A DNA stretch of 56,685 bases from Catajapyx aquilonaris (GCA_000934665.2 KZ538646.1:1-56685); one strand, 5' to 3'. Shown: positions 13,128 to 25,791, numbered from the stretch's first letter. Program-made: numbers and translations. The notes: generated from the sequence alone by a model not told the origin.

Positions 13128-14632
13128 GTAAGTGTCTGATTTAACCTTGGAAGTGAAGTGTGGTCAAGAGTGAGCACAAGAATGACTTACAATATATGTT
13201 GTTGATATTGCATTATTTTTAGTAATATTCAGGATTCCCAAGAACAGTTTCAAGGGTTTTGCAGCGAAGCCTTAAAGTATGCTTCTTCATTAAAGAAGGC
13301 AATATAAACATAATAATTTGTTCAGCATTCTTGTGATCATTGTTGTCGTAAAGAACATGGTCCAGTACATCTAAGGTTGTCGTAAGCATATTTTAAAACA
13401 CTCAATAGTGGCCTACAGTACATGTTTGCAGTGGCGAACTTGATTCGCTTTGATACACGTGTGGGACATACAGTAGGTACAAAGAGCATGTTGTGGCCTG
13501 AATAGGGTAGGTCTCCTTCCGCTAGTCTTCTACAAAACAAATCTACTCATGGCATGTAGGACCCAGAAACAACTCCACTTTTCCCATGACTCAGAATACA
13601 TATTGCTTCTCAACTCGAACTCGGAAATATTTGAAAATGCACTACAAACACTGGTATAGTTATTTTTTTAAACTTTTTTTTGCACTGCTTCCCTCTTTTG
13701 CTGGGTCCATTCAGTATTACTGTGGTGTCCACATTAAACCAGTTTTGATCAAGCAAATTTGAAAAAGTCAATTCATAATCTTGTTCATGCCAGTATGCCA
13801 ATGGCATTTGGAATTCATACTAACTGAGGTAACAATTCGGGTCAAGTATAGTGAGAAACTTATGCATGGCTGGATTACTTTTTTTAATGGTGAAAAGTTT
13901 AGCATGGACTACCCTGTAATACTACAGGAAAATACTTTCTTCATGTCTTTGTTTCTTCGTTTATAAAAGGCATAATTTTAAAAAGAGAACAAGATAAGTT
14001 TACACTACATCCATTGAAGGTGACTGCTAGTTATTTGTGGATCCTAACATGCGCAGACATTCATCCTATCAAGTATCCAAGTATGCACTAATGTTATGGT
14101 GTTGACAGATGTGGATTCCCATTGCGTAAAGAATACCCTCATGTGTTTTTAGGATTCCATTACCCCTAAATGAAACTAGGGTGAGAACCAAATTGATACT
14201 GATGCTTATTCATGTAACATATAATGAGGTAACAAAGCTTACTGTTCTTGGACTGGGATTTTAAGAGGGATGCATTAGATTCCTTTAAAAATGTAATGAA
14301 ATCCTACAGAACACTGATAATTTACTTGTTACTTACAGTTAGATGTAGTAGATAAGTAATCAATGAAGAAGGGAATATAAATGAGAACACACTGAGTCCG
14401 ATTTTTGTGGTTTTGAGTTTTATTTATCCCACTAACGTAAGTACCATTTTTCTTGCTCTACTGCCTGTAGAAGTTCATTTAGTCCAAAAAACTGATTATG
14501 AACCAGCTAGGCAGGATTTTCTTAATTCACTAGCAAGTAAACAAGTGTAAGGTCAAATCTCTGCCTTGGGTTATCTTGACACTGATTTTTTTTGGACTTA
14601 GTGTGTTTCTTTTGTATGCCCACGGCCAGCCC

Positions 14633-14955
14633 CTGGACACTCCTCCTCTTATCAGCTCTTATTGCCTTAGGGGCCTGAAGGGGTGTTTTGTGGGAGGTGC
14701 TCACTTGAGAGCACCTTTCACAGCTATAAATGCATGTGGCATCCCTACCAGACTGTGCTGAACTTAGGTACAGCTGTGAAAGGACCCTACCAGACTGCAC
14801 TGAACTTAGGTAGAAGGGCAGCGCTGCCCTTCTACCTAAGTTCAGCGCAGTCTGGTATTTACAGCTGTGAAAGGTGCTCTCAAGTGAGCACCTCCCACAA
14901 AACGCCCCGTCAGGCCCCTAAGGCAATAAGAGCTGATAAGAGGGAGAGTGACCAG
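14633..14955. repeat. Long fold-back palindrome with no central spacer
   Basis: Centre gaagggcagc|gctgcccttc at 14822/14823; arms pair out to ctggacactc and gagtgaccag. Confidence 0.85.
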
Positions 14956-17900
14956 ACCTCAGTATTCTAAGGCCATGCCCATGGCATAACATTTATATGG
15001 ATTAATTATAATTTAATGAAAGGTTGGACTCTGAAATGGCTCTTAAGTGCGAAAATATTATGATCTGCTCAAAACTATCTCAATAGCTCTCCCTAGTTAC
15101 CTAAATAAAATTCAATGTTACAAGAAGTTCATTTTGTGGCTGTTTTCCCATCGAAGTCAATATCTCTCCAGAATGTTGGCCCTTACCACAAATTTTATTT
15201 CTAGTCATAACCTTCTTTAATGCAGGCAGCTCTGCAGTTAAATTAATCCAGTAAAAGAGTTTGCATTTACTGTCATCACTAGTAAATGAAGAATGTTTCA
15301 ATGGGAGAACAATTTGCAATAGGCTTGATCTTTTTCTTGGGATAGTAATATATGAATGCTAAGTTGTTTATACAGGATCCATTTTGTTATGGACGCTTTG
15401 TGTAGTTTTTAAAATGTAGCATACAATAATTGAGGTGTGTCTAAAAGTATGATACATGAAAGAGGATAAGGGCTGACCCAACCTTCAGGTCCTACAGTAT
15501 CTCATACTATTGTGGGAGGAGTTCTCTGCAGTTTTTGCTGTGATAGCACTGGTCTCTTTTTTTAAAAAAAAAATGGTCTCTTTACATGAGAACTGACTTG
15601 AGCATGACACTTTGATGATGTACACAATAATATTTTTGAATGAGTCTGTGAGTCAAAATTATGACAAGTGCAGTTGCCCACAGCCAACTATCTCGGCCCC
15701 CATAGCTCAGTGGTTAGAGCGTTAGTCTAAGTTGGTGACAACTGCCTTTCATGATTTTAATTTGGCAGTGCCTTGAATTGTTGGCCTGTCCTTGACTTGA
15801 AAGAAATTGTAAATATGTGACATGCTCTTGTGGAGTTAGATTCTGATTTTTGAGACCTATCCTTGAGGAAATCCGTGCGTAGGCTTTGCTTTAAAGTATT
15901 GTCTCATGGATAATATTTGAAGCTTTATTGTGATGGATCATATTAAATTAAGTCACACAAGGTTCCTGTAAATCTTCCAATTTGCAGAATATGTAGATGT
16001 TATGCACACCAGCACACTTATTTTATGCATAGAGTTGTAGAGTGACATTTATTACTGGCAAATTACCATATGGTGTTTAGTTAATAATGGGAATTAAGAT
16101 GTTGTCCTAGATTAAAGTTACAATGAGTCAATATTTTTTTGGCAGTTATGGAAGATTTGTTATTAACCTCTATGGTCCACAAGTTCTGTAAGTATAAGAA
16201 TGAAAAATTACAATAACTAAGCAATGAATGTGATAGTTATGTGCACTTTATGTTAGTGCAGTGTTATACAATCTTTGTGTAGATTTATTTGACTGAGCTT
16301 CATTGTGAGACAGGCAATGCTCACATCTTCTATGTAATATCTAGTGATAAGTTACTTTTACAGTTGATAAATATTTAGATATAGGTCTTGAAAATAAGTC
16401 TTAGGGTATGTAGGGGAAAGCAGGGCAGGTTGAATCAAAACTAATCTCAAAAGACTCAAAAACTGTCTGGCATTTGGATTTGTGATCCCCCTTGAATGGA
16501 ACCTCTCTAGCCACCCACTTATCAGCTTTGATTCCATACATGTGTGGTGCTTGGTGCTGGAGAGTGAAGAAGAGACTAGTTTTTCAGACACTGGAGTAAT
16601 GTTTTGTGACTCTTGATATTCCCTTTTAAAAGCAAGCCACTAATGTTTAAAGCTAGCATAATGAGCAGACTCTTGGGCATACAACCATCAGATAAAATTT
16701 TATGTTTATTACACAGCCAAGATTTTGAGAGTCTCTATAATGTGGGGTTGATTAAACTATTTCCATTCATAACCCACCAATAGAGAATTAAAAAATATAA
16801 AAATATGCTACAGGTGGCAGGGAGCCATGACACTCATTATTGTCAGATTCTGTTAGTACAGTGTACACATGACATCTGCCCAATAATGGTAAGAAGAGGG
16901 ATTTTTTTCTTTCTTGAATTTCTGGATTCACTTTCTTCCTGAGAGTTTTATCACATTCCATCGAATAAGTCAACTTGCCGCATAAAATAATTCACCTTGC
17001 TTCATATGATGGTTCAAATTGACCCACACCATGATTCAACCAGTCCCACCCATAAGGCAGGTTGAATTACTTGCATACCTAATATAAATGTGTTTTAATA
17101 AATTTAGGGAATAATTTTAAGAGTCTGTTCTTGATGTACAAATGAAGTGGAAAGTACACAGAATCAAGAATGGTAACAATGAGCAACAAAATAAAAATAT
17201 TTTCTGACAATTTTAATGCAGAAAATGATTCAACCTCCCCTGCTCTCCCTTATATGCTGCTACAAACACACTTCAATAAGTGATGGATGATTCAATTACG
17301 CTTTAGTAGTGCAAGTTACTTGTGTGAAATTTGAAGTGCACTTCTATAACACTACATGTTGAATACACTGTTCAACTGTATATCTGTGTGCTTGTGGCCT
17401 GCTGCTAGTGAAACATTTTGAATATCCAAATACAAATTTTTGCACTCTTAACGGTAGTTTCGAGAATATTAGTGCAAGTTGCATTTGTAGTTGATTTTGA
17501 AAAAAATCACATAGTATAAGCATTGTATTTTCTGTGTTGCACACATATCACTCCCAAAACCAATTTAGTGGCAAGATAATCAAACAATACTGAATTTTTA
17601 TTTTGCGAGGAAACAGGAAAACCCTGAATCAAGCAAAGTGTTTTTCATTGTGGGACATGTTTCACATACAAATTGCAATGTACATATTAATGCTTGTTAA
17701 AAAGCAAGTTACCTGGATTTGTGGGTCTTGTTAGTGGGGTATTGGGATTTAATGTGTGTGCCGCCATGGTACGCAATAGTGATACATTTATAATTTTGAT
17801 GCCAATCCCCGATACTGAATGGGAATCCTGATCTCAACACCATTACAGTTACCTTGCTGCTTGGATGAAGCCAGACTGATTTTCTCTAATTGTCAAAGAT

Positions 17901-19160
17901 TCCTACCCCACAGTCCTGACGGACGGGCAACAATTGATGCATCTCCATCTTCCATGCACCTTGCTACTATTCTCAACACTGATCTTCCAGGTACTGTAGC
18001 TTGAATCCTGCGATGGCCATGACATCCAGGCATTGAAATGCTAATGCCTGCAGATACCCGCCCACCTTTGAACCCCCTTGTATTGTATGGGACCTGACAG
18101 TGACTTTTTAATTTCTGATAATGTACAAAACTACAAATATAGGATAGATTCAGATTCAACCAGTCAAGTTCAGTGATCACAACACACAGTTCAGAATATT
18201 ATCCCATATATGCGGAAGGAGGACCATTTCACCCTTCAAACATGGCATCATCTGGTTGCCAGAAATGAAATGTCTAGTGTTCCAGTGATGTGGATGAAAA
18301 TGTCTGAACTTCTTAATGCCAGCACTGCATGTATTGATGGTTTCACATTCTTCTGATGACAACAAATCCTAACTTCTTCCTCAGCTAAGTGAATGCACTT
18401 GTAACAAACTAGAGGTGTTTCTCATTATTAACTCTAGTATAAACTGTGTTATTGCTTCTCTCTTTTTTTTGCAAGCGTGATAAAATTGATTGCTGCACAT
18501 CTAAGTGCGTTGGTGTGAATTTTCAGTTCATCTCTTCTGAGAGTATAACAAAATGAACCACTGTCAAATCCCATGTTTGTTATGCCGTAATATTAACACG
18601 AAAAATGTTGGAAAACCTGTTTTGTAACATCTTCTATTTTTGCTTTTCTTGTGCATCCCTTCATGTTACTTCTAACCCACTAACAAAACCAGGGAACGGT
18701 TCAGAGAGTTGTAGCACTGCACCTCCAGTAGACAAACAGGTAATGGATACAGCAGTTGGATGAAAACTTGTGTCTCATGTCCCACCGAGTAATGTGGATG
18801 AAGCTTTGTCCTGTGAACGTGCATGATATCTGGCCTTTTTCATGTTGTGTGTTTATCAGGACTTTGAAAATATTCTCTTTGCATTCTTTGCTTGCTTTAT
18901 TTTAAATTTCCATCTGGAACCTCTATCTTTGGAAGGTCTTGTTTGATTTCTCAAGTGCCCTTTCAGGGTAACATGCATTTGCAGTTTGAAACTGATGACT
19001 GTATTTCCCATGTGAAACAAGGTGTAGTTCTGGTATTCTTTACTTTAGCAAACGGCTGCATTGTTTACAAATGCTAAGCAGACGATTGTGATGTACTTAT
19101 TTGCTGGGGTGAGTGTTCTGTGCATTTTGTGATGTGTGTCTTGTGTGTGTCTTTAAACAG

Positions 19161-19507
19161 CCCTGAGGGACAGTCGAATATGGCACCTACCCAGGTACAG
19201 CCAGTTCATAAATGGCCCATTCGTCCTGGTGTTCATGTTCACGTCAAAGGTTTGCGCAATCTGAGCAAGGCCAATAGTTCAGTAACTGGGTTCACATATG
19301 GCAGTAAGCCTGGAGAGATGTTGGACACAAGCAATGCTAGTAGCCAGGAGGGAATGAGCCAGCTAGCTCCTGGAGACAGGACATGGGGTGGTAGAGAACG
19401 TGGCCAGGTTGAAAGCTTACAGGCCAACTGGCTTTCTGAGCCCAGGTTAGCTCGAGCAAGAAGTAATACCAGTGCATCACAGGTGACACTCCCATTGAGA
19501 GGACAAG
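19161..19507 (+). CDS. Cytoplasmic exon (alternative in-phase donors possible after 19249 and 19303)
   Basis: aaacag|C and AAG|gtaaaa; PEGQSNMAPTQVQPVHKWPIRPGVHVHVKG...; open reading frame. Confidence 0.7.
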
Positions 19508-19777
19508 GTAAAACAAAAATTTCTAAATTTGCTCATGGATCGTTGTAACAGTGCAAAGTAACATCAGTATTTTGCAAGTATTGCTGCAGATATATTTTTT
19601 GCCATTTTAAACATGAGCCATTAATGTAGAAAAATTGTGCAGATTCTTGGCAAGTTTGTGTTAACACGATTTGTAATGCAGTAATCATTTCTTCTGCTGT
19701 TTTTGTTGGGAAGTATCCAGCATGGCACAGTACTGGTGTATATTTAATCCAGTTGCATGATTTGTGTCTTGTTTTAG

Positions 19778-19849
19778 TGATGACTTTCAAGAGGGTAGAA
19801 GGAAATTCAGAGTGTGGGGCACTTAAAAGTCCGAGGAAAGCAGCAAAAG
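19778..19849 (+). CDS. 72-nt cytoplasmic exon, probably a cassette
   Basis: gttttag|TG and AAG|gtatgt; phase 1-1; VMTFKRVEGNSECGALKSPRKAAK is open. Confidence 0.6.
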
Positions 19850-20452
19850 GTATGTCAATTAAACTCTCCAGTTTGTTATAAGTAGAAATTCAGTGGTTTG
19901 TGTTTAACTTGCATGTGTGTGTTACATGTGAAAAACGATGATGTTTGTGCATAAAATGTTTAAACCACATGATGTCACATGACCGTTTTCGGCATTTCTG
20001 ACCAATGCAGTCATCTGGAATAAGCATTGTATTGGGGGTAATGCCACCTGATGCTATACATCTATCCCACGATTGACATATACCCCACTTTTGACACCAC
20101 TGATATGTGGACTACTGCCAAAAATGCTACGACTTCCACGAAACACTTGTTTACCAAAGCAGCACAGTTGCCTTCCTTTCACATGAATTAGTGTATGCTT
20201 GCTAAGGTTAAGTGATGATGTCTTATAATTTTGGTATTGCAGTTATTGCAACAAACTGGATGTGATTGAGCATTGGATGTATAGCTTATGCTCCTGATCT
20301 TGTAATAACAGTCATACAGTCTCAGACAATAATGAGAATTCTTTATAGTGAGTGGGTTATACAGATTAATTATGGTCTACTTGTGGAGAGATTCCACATC
20401 TTGCTAGGTGAAGTAGCCTTCTAATTTGAGGCATGTTTTTGCTTTCCTTCAG

Positions 20453-20589
20453 CTGCCAGTCCGTCTTCTCAAAACGGCAAACCATCCAAGCAGGAGGCAT
20501 CACTCAACAAAGATCACACACAGCCAGACGCGGACAATGCCTTTTATGAAAACTTACCCTTTCATGGCATGCAAGCAGCACCAAATAAG
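20453..20589 (+). CDS. Cytoplasmic exon with FYENLPF motif
   Basis: ccttcag|CT and AAG|gtatgt; ASPSSQNGKP...DNAFYENLPFHGMQAAPNK. This frame differs from the one in the ORF track. Confidence 0.8.
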
Positions 20590-20833
20590 GTATGTTGGTG
20601 TTCATTCTGGTTCGGTTTGTGCAGTCATATTGAAATAGAACTATCCCCCATAACTTGATTTGTAGTCAATTCACTTGTGCATTTGCCAATGTTTTGTCAT
20701 ATTTTGTTTATTTGTGCCAGAATTTTGCCCTTGTCTATTTTGCATTTGTTTTGCATTTTGCATTTGTATGTTGTGTGCCTTTTTAGTTTGCATGTCTTTG
20801 TTTTTTTTTTCTCTTTCTCTACACATGTTGCAG

Positions 20834-21250
20834 CCAGTTGTAACAGACATTCAAAGTCGCCCTTCCAGTCAGCTGAGTCAGATTGCATCTTCGGGATACG
20901 GATCAGCTCGTAGCCACTGTGGCATTGTTTCTGCTCAGAAGCAGAAGAATCCCCATGCTTATTGCTCTTTGAGGAGTAAGAAAACCATTGCCAGAGACTC
21001 TAAGCGAAGAAAACAATTTCCACGTTTCACATCAATGAGGCTTCCGTCACGGAACATGCAAGCCTTAAGTGATTCAAGTGAACCAAATAATAATGCCAAA
21101 GACTTGAAAGACAGTAACACAGCTGAAGCAGACCTTGATACTGTGCATGAAATGCCTGTTCCTGCACCAAGAGGTCATTCTTATAAGACCAAACCTGTAT
21201 ATCAAAATGTTCCCATTCCAATTTTTCCACAAAGCAAGCTGAACCCTCAG
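20834..21250 (+). CDS. Cytoplasmic exon (417 nt, phase 0-0)
   Basis: Long U/G-rich tract, then ttgcag|CCA; CAG|gtcagt donor; PVVTDIQSRPSSQLSQIASSGYGS...PVPAPR...VYQNVPIP. Confidence 0.78.
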
Positions 21251-22736
21251 GTCAGTAACATTTGGTATGCAGTTTTGTAGGTTATAAAAATGTAAACACA
21301 GCTCTTCACTTGCTTTTCTTACCTTTCACCTAAACATTGTTTTGTATACTGTTTTCCATTTTCCAACACAATTGTGACTATGTGCCTATGCAAAACATAA
21401 TGTTGCCACTGCTATGATAAATTTAGTTCAAGTCGAGCTAGTCATTTCAGGAGAATGTAACATTGCCGTACAGTTACAAGTAAGCAATATAGTGCATGCA
21501 TAACATTTGTGAGCAACCAGGTGTCTCAAAATTTTTATGCAATTGTGTGCTTATTTTGCAAGTAAGTCATTACTTTGGTTACAATATTTACTTTGTGTTA
21601 CTCAGAGCCTGATTTCAACACATCAGAAAATATAATTGCTATTGCAGCTGCATTATTATTAATTAGTTATAAATGCTTTCTGCAAATGTTTAATTCATGT
21701 TGCAAGTTATTCAGCACCAGTTAATTCATTCAAGATGAGTTGGGCAGTGTGCAGCTCATATAATTATGATAGTCAATAATGATGGAGTCATCCAACATTT
21801 GTATAATTCTGAAATACTATATTGTCCAAAAAATTAGAATAATTGGTCATGTGATTTGTATGACCAGTTGTCCATGTCTTTTTGGCCAGTACAGTACACC
21901 ACTTGTATCACCAATGAGGAACATGGCATTCTTGTATACTAATTTTATACATATGACAACCAACGTTACTCTCCTGTTGACTTTTACATGAAAATACACC
22001 TTTGGCATCCATGTCTGTATCACCATTCAAATTTCCTAATGGAGATCTAATCCAGGTGTTCTCTTTTAAAATCCATTCTTAAGCTGGACTCAGGCATATA
22101 TGTTGCAACAGTCCTTGTTTATGTTCCACGTGAGTTAATCTTTTCCTCCTTCCTTTCACCTCCCATTCAGTTTGGCTCTTGTCGAGACCTTGCACGGGGT
22201 GATTCTGCCAATGACCTCTGACAAAAGGCATGTCTCATTAGCATTATAATCAGTTGAGTATGCAATGTTGCATTTCACCGAGAATTAATCACTTGGTTTC
22301 TTTCATATTGGTCAGTTTGAAGATATTAGTTATTGGTGTGTTGTCCTGCAGATATATTCCTTCATGTAACAGTGTATCAAGTTGGTACCACTTCTAACAA
22401 ACCTTTATTGAACCACTAATTTTTGTTCAAGTCAAAACTCAAAATATTAAAGACCAAAGTTGAAATGCTTCTCTTCCATTGATTAATATATCATCTTGTA
22501 ATTGGGTCTACTCATTGATTAATTGTATCCCACTGAGCATAGTAGCAATGTGCTGATATATTAAAAAATTACTGAGTGGTATTTTATATGCAAGACAGTG
22601 TTTCTCTTTCCTCACCAGTACTTAATTGCTTTGATTTCTGTCTCTACCATTTCGCATGCATTGTAAGTCTAATGTTGTAACTGGAACTTTTCAGTGTACT
22701 GACATACTAACACATTGCATTTATGTGCATTTACAG

Positions 22737-23069
22737 AACCCACTAAATCCTTTGATCCTGAATCAAGCAAAATATATCAACAAGTCCCAAAGCTGTAGGA
22801 CATATCCAATGTTATATCATCACCACCACCACCACCACCACCATCACCACCACCAAGCTGCTGAACTCCATCCCCAACAACAAAGTCATCACCCCTCTTT
22901 TGCAACCGTGCCTGTTCAAGCTGTGAATCCCTTTGTCACTGACGCAATAGTGTATGCAGATTTGGCTTTACCTAACGGAGCACAGAGGTACCCTGTGCGA
23001 CAGGATCCCAGAGGCACACAGTATGCAGTGCTCAAATTCAATGATATGAGTCAGGAGATCGACGTTTGA
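22737..23069 (+). CDS. Last coding exon of the Ig protein (His12, IVYADL, TQYAVL, C-terminal EIDV)
   Basis: ttacag|AAC; frame ends ...QYAVLKFNDMSQEIDV-TGA; a gtatgt donor follows 1 nt after the stop. Confidence 0.85.
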   Translation, partial: NPLNPLILNQAKYINKSQSCRTYPMLYHHHHHHHHHHHHQAAELHPQQQSHHPSFATVPVQAVNPFVTDAIVYADLALPNGAQRYPVRQDPRGTQYAVLKFNDMSQEIDV

Positions 23070-23615
23070 GGTATGTTTGCTGGCCATGCTCACGTCACCC
23101 CTATACTTCTTTCCTCTCTCTGATGAGCCTACAAGCATTAGTGTGTGCTGTGTGTTTGATTTTTTTGTGCTGACAATTGTGCTGTGTATTCAGTATAGTT
23201 AGTGTTTATGAAACTTAATGATGTTTTACTTCTCCACAGGGATGACTTGTTCAAAGTATATTTTACCATGGTATTTCTTGTGCAAATGTGCTCTTAAATC
23301 TGCTACCCTGGTATGAGCTACTCATTTGGAGATTCCACTTCAATGCACTCATCCAGAGTCAGATCTTCTAGTACAATACTTCAATTTATACTCATCAGCA
23401 GCCTAATTTTTAATGATGTTGGTAAATGTGAGATGGAAGTCATGTTATTTACTTAACTATACTGGTGTTATGGCTGGTAATCCTAAGTTGTTATCCAATG
23501 ATTGCATATTCTTGGCATTTGTGGCATAGCTGCCAGGCACAGTATGACACATTGCCTGGTGATATAAGTTATAGTTGCGAGCTTAGCGGGATGAGAGCTT
23601 ACTGTGGATTGTTAT

Positions 23616-23959
23616 TTTTTATTTATTTATTGTACCCCGTGATGACCCTTACAGGTTCTACAGGGGGGTGGTACACCATCATTTTTCCTCAATTTTCTAA
23701 GTTAACTTCACTCCAGTGCAGGGAATCAAGGAGATTGGGTAAGGATAGGGATTTTCGAGGAGGGCACTCTGGTGCTGGTGCAATGTCTCAAGTTTGGGCC
23801 ATGTACAGTCCCCCAGGAGGTTAGGTTGCCAGACACCTCCAAAGTGTGGGTCAGAGACCATCCCAATGCAGATGAAAGGGAACTCCCACGTGGGGATCGA
23901 ACCTGGGACCCTTCACTCAGCAAGCCAAGACTTTACCATCTCGGCCACCACACCTCCCC
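23616..23959 (-). mobile_element. tRNA-derived SINE family A, full-length copy
   Basis: Pol III boxes at the right end and an A-rich tail at the left; 14-bp TSD ctgtggattgttat at 23602-23615 and 23960-23973. Confidence 0.85.
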
Positions 23960-24960
23960 CTGTGGATTGTTATCCGATCAACAATGCTGTCTTGTGCCGC
24001 TGCAGGCCAACAAACTTAATGTGACTTTGCCAATTAATCAGGAACCAGCGATTGGCACTTGGCAAAGCCACAATAACTTTGTTGACCTGCACAAGACGGG
24101 CAGCATTGTTGGTCGGATAACAACCCACAATTAGCACTCAGCTTGCTACCCTCGCAACTGACTAAAATCATCAGGAATTGTGACTGACCGTGCCTGGCAG
24201 GGCCAGAACAAAGTACTGTACCACAGTGCTGGTGCTGTCATCCAAAATCCCCACAGAAACACCAACTCAAAGTATCCATCTATGATCTCTCACCCCATAA
24301 TCATCATATCTCTCCACCCAGGGGCCATCAAGGAGCGAAAATATCGATTTCTGCCTTGCCTTTCAACAATTTGCCAAACGGCAACAATAAGGTTATTTAT
24401 TACTAGCATGCAGCTATACATAGTGGAGTGGAAAACCAGAAGTGGCCACAATGTCTTATGGGCATTTTCTGAACCATTCACAGCACGAAATTCGCATTTC
24501 GGCATTCTTGTTAAGTACAAAACGCTATATGCACTTTCAAAACAAGCGGGCTTTTTTTTGGGGGGGGGGGGNNNNNNNNNNNNNNNNNNNNNNNNNNNNN
24601 NNNNNNNNNNNNNNNNNNNNNNNNNNNNNNNNNNNNNNNNNNNNNNNNNNNNNNNNNNNNNNNNNNNNNNNNNNNNNNNNNNNNNNNNNNNNNNNNNNNN
24701 NNTAAATATTACACGACTATGCAACGCGGTACTTGCTGAGAAATCCCCCCCCCCCCCCCCCCCCCCCGGAAAAGGCATCGCGACCCCGAGGTTGGGAACC
24801 ACTGTCCTAGTCCATTAGTAGCATTAAAACTTGGCTCAAGCAAAAGTGATCTTGCTTCATAGGGGGTCCATGTACAGGCCAATTAAACACCTCCAACAAT
24901 GAGTTGGGCCGTCGGGCTATACTCATTCCAGTTTTACATGCACGTGTCAGTCACATGTAT

Positions 24961-25041
24961 ACTATATCGCTCAAAAAGATGAAGACGATTTTTCATTTGG
25001 CTTCAATGCAATATTGTGTCTATCTTTTTGAGCGATATAGT
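24961..25041. repeat. Short hairpin or mini-MITE
   Basis: actatatcgctcaaaaagat ... atctttttgagcgatatagt, a perfect 20-bp inverted repeat. Confidence 0.7.
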
Positions 25042-25353
25042 TCTCCCAAGGTCCACTTTGCTAAAAACATTTAAATCACTAGCCTAGTTTCCCAAATTGA
25101 CTCTGTCAACTCCACCCTGTTCCACCCCGACTCTGTATTCGAAAATCCATTATACACAGGCCTAATGATAAATGAGAAAAACCTGCAGCTGTGTGCTTAT
25201 AATGCATAGCAAGTCAGAATCGCTCTCCTCATTTTCCTACTTCATAAAATTGCTATAGAATCATAACTCAATATTTTTATGAAAATAATTTTTGTATGCT
25301 CCATACCATGAATTCAGGAGGGAGTGTTCAGAAAACAACTCAAGTTGCTTATA

Positions 25354-25791
25354 CAGGGTGTATCAGAACTCTACCGTAAGCCATGTGCCAATGGCATAAG
25401 GGGCACCAGAGCATCATTATATGTAGAGGGGTCATCATATCTAGGCAGCCACATCACGTAGATAATTGATCATTTGCGAAGTAGCGATTGCGCTTAAGCG
25501 TGATTGTAGAATAGCAGTGCATCTGGGGGGAACTGCATTCTAAGAGCCCTTAGTGACTACCCAAATAGCAGTGTGGCAGTAGCCCCCCAGAAAATAGCTG
25601 CGACCTTCACCTGTGATGCGATTGGCGGCTGAAGGTTTGCATACCTGCCAGGATATTTTATACCTATTGGTTGAGGTCAATTATCTCGGTCATGCGGCGG
25701 CCCAGACCTATGATTCCGATACTGTAAATGATCATCTGCTGACCATTACGCCATTGGCATATGGCTTACGGTAGAGTTCTGATACACCCTG
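25354..25791. mobile_element. Tc1/mariner MITE
   Basis: TA TSD; about 45-bp TIR cagggtgtatcagaactctaccgtaagcc. Confidence 0.85.

Noticed and set aside
15695..15730. tRNA-like ggcccccatagctcagtggttagagcg
   Set aside because: Only the acceptor 5' strand and D-arm are present; no T-arm/B-box or 3' acceptor strand follows. It is a tRNA or SINE fragment, not a gene.
24180..24818. ORFs of 212, 170 and 87 aa
   Set aside because: They span an N gap and G/C homopolymers; the right side looks like a hAT MITE end (gaggttgggaaccactg).
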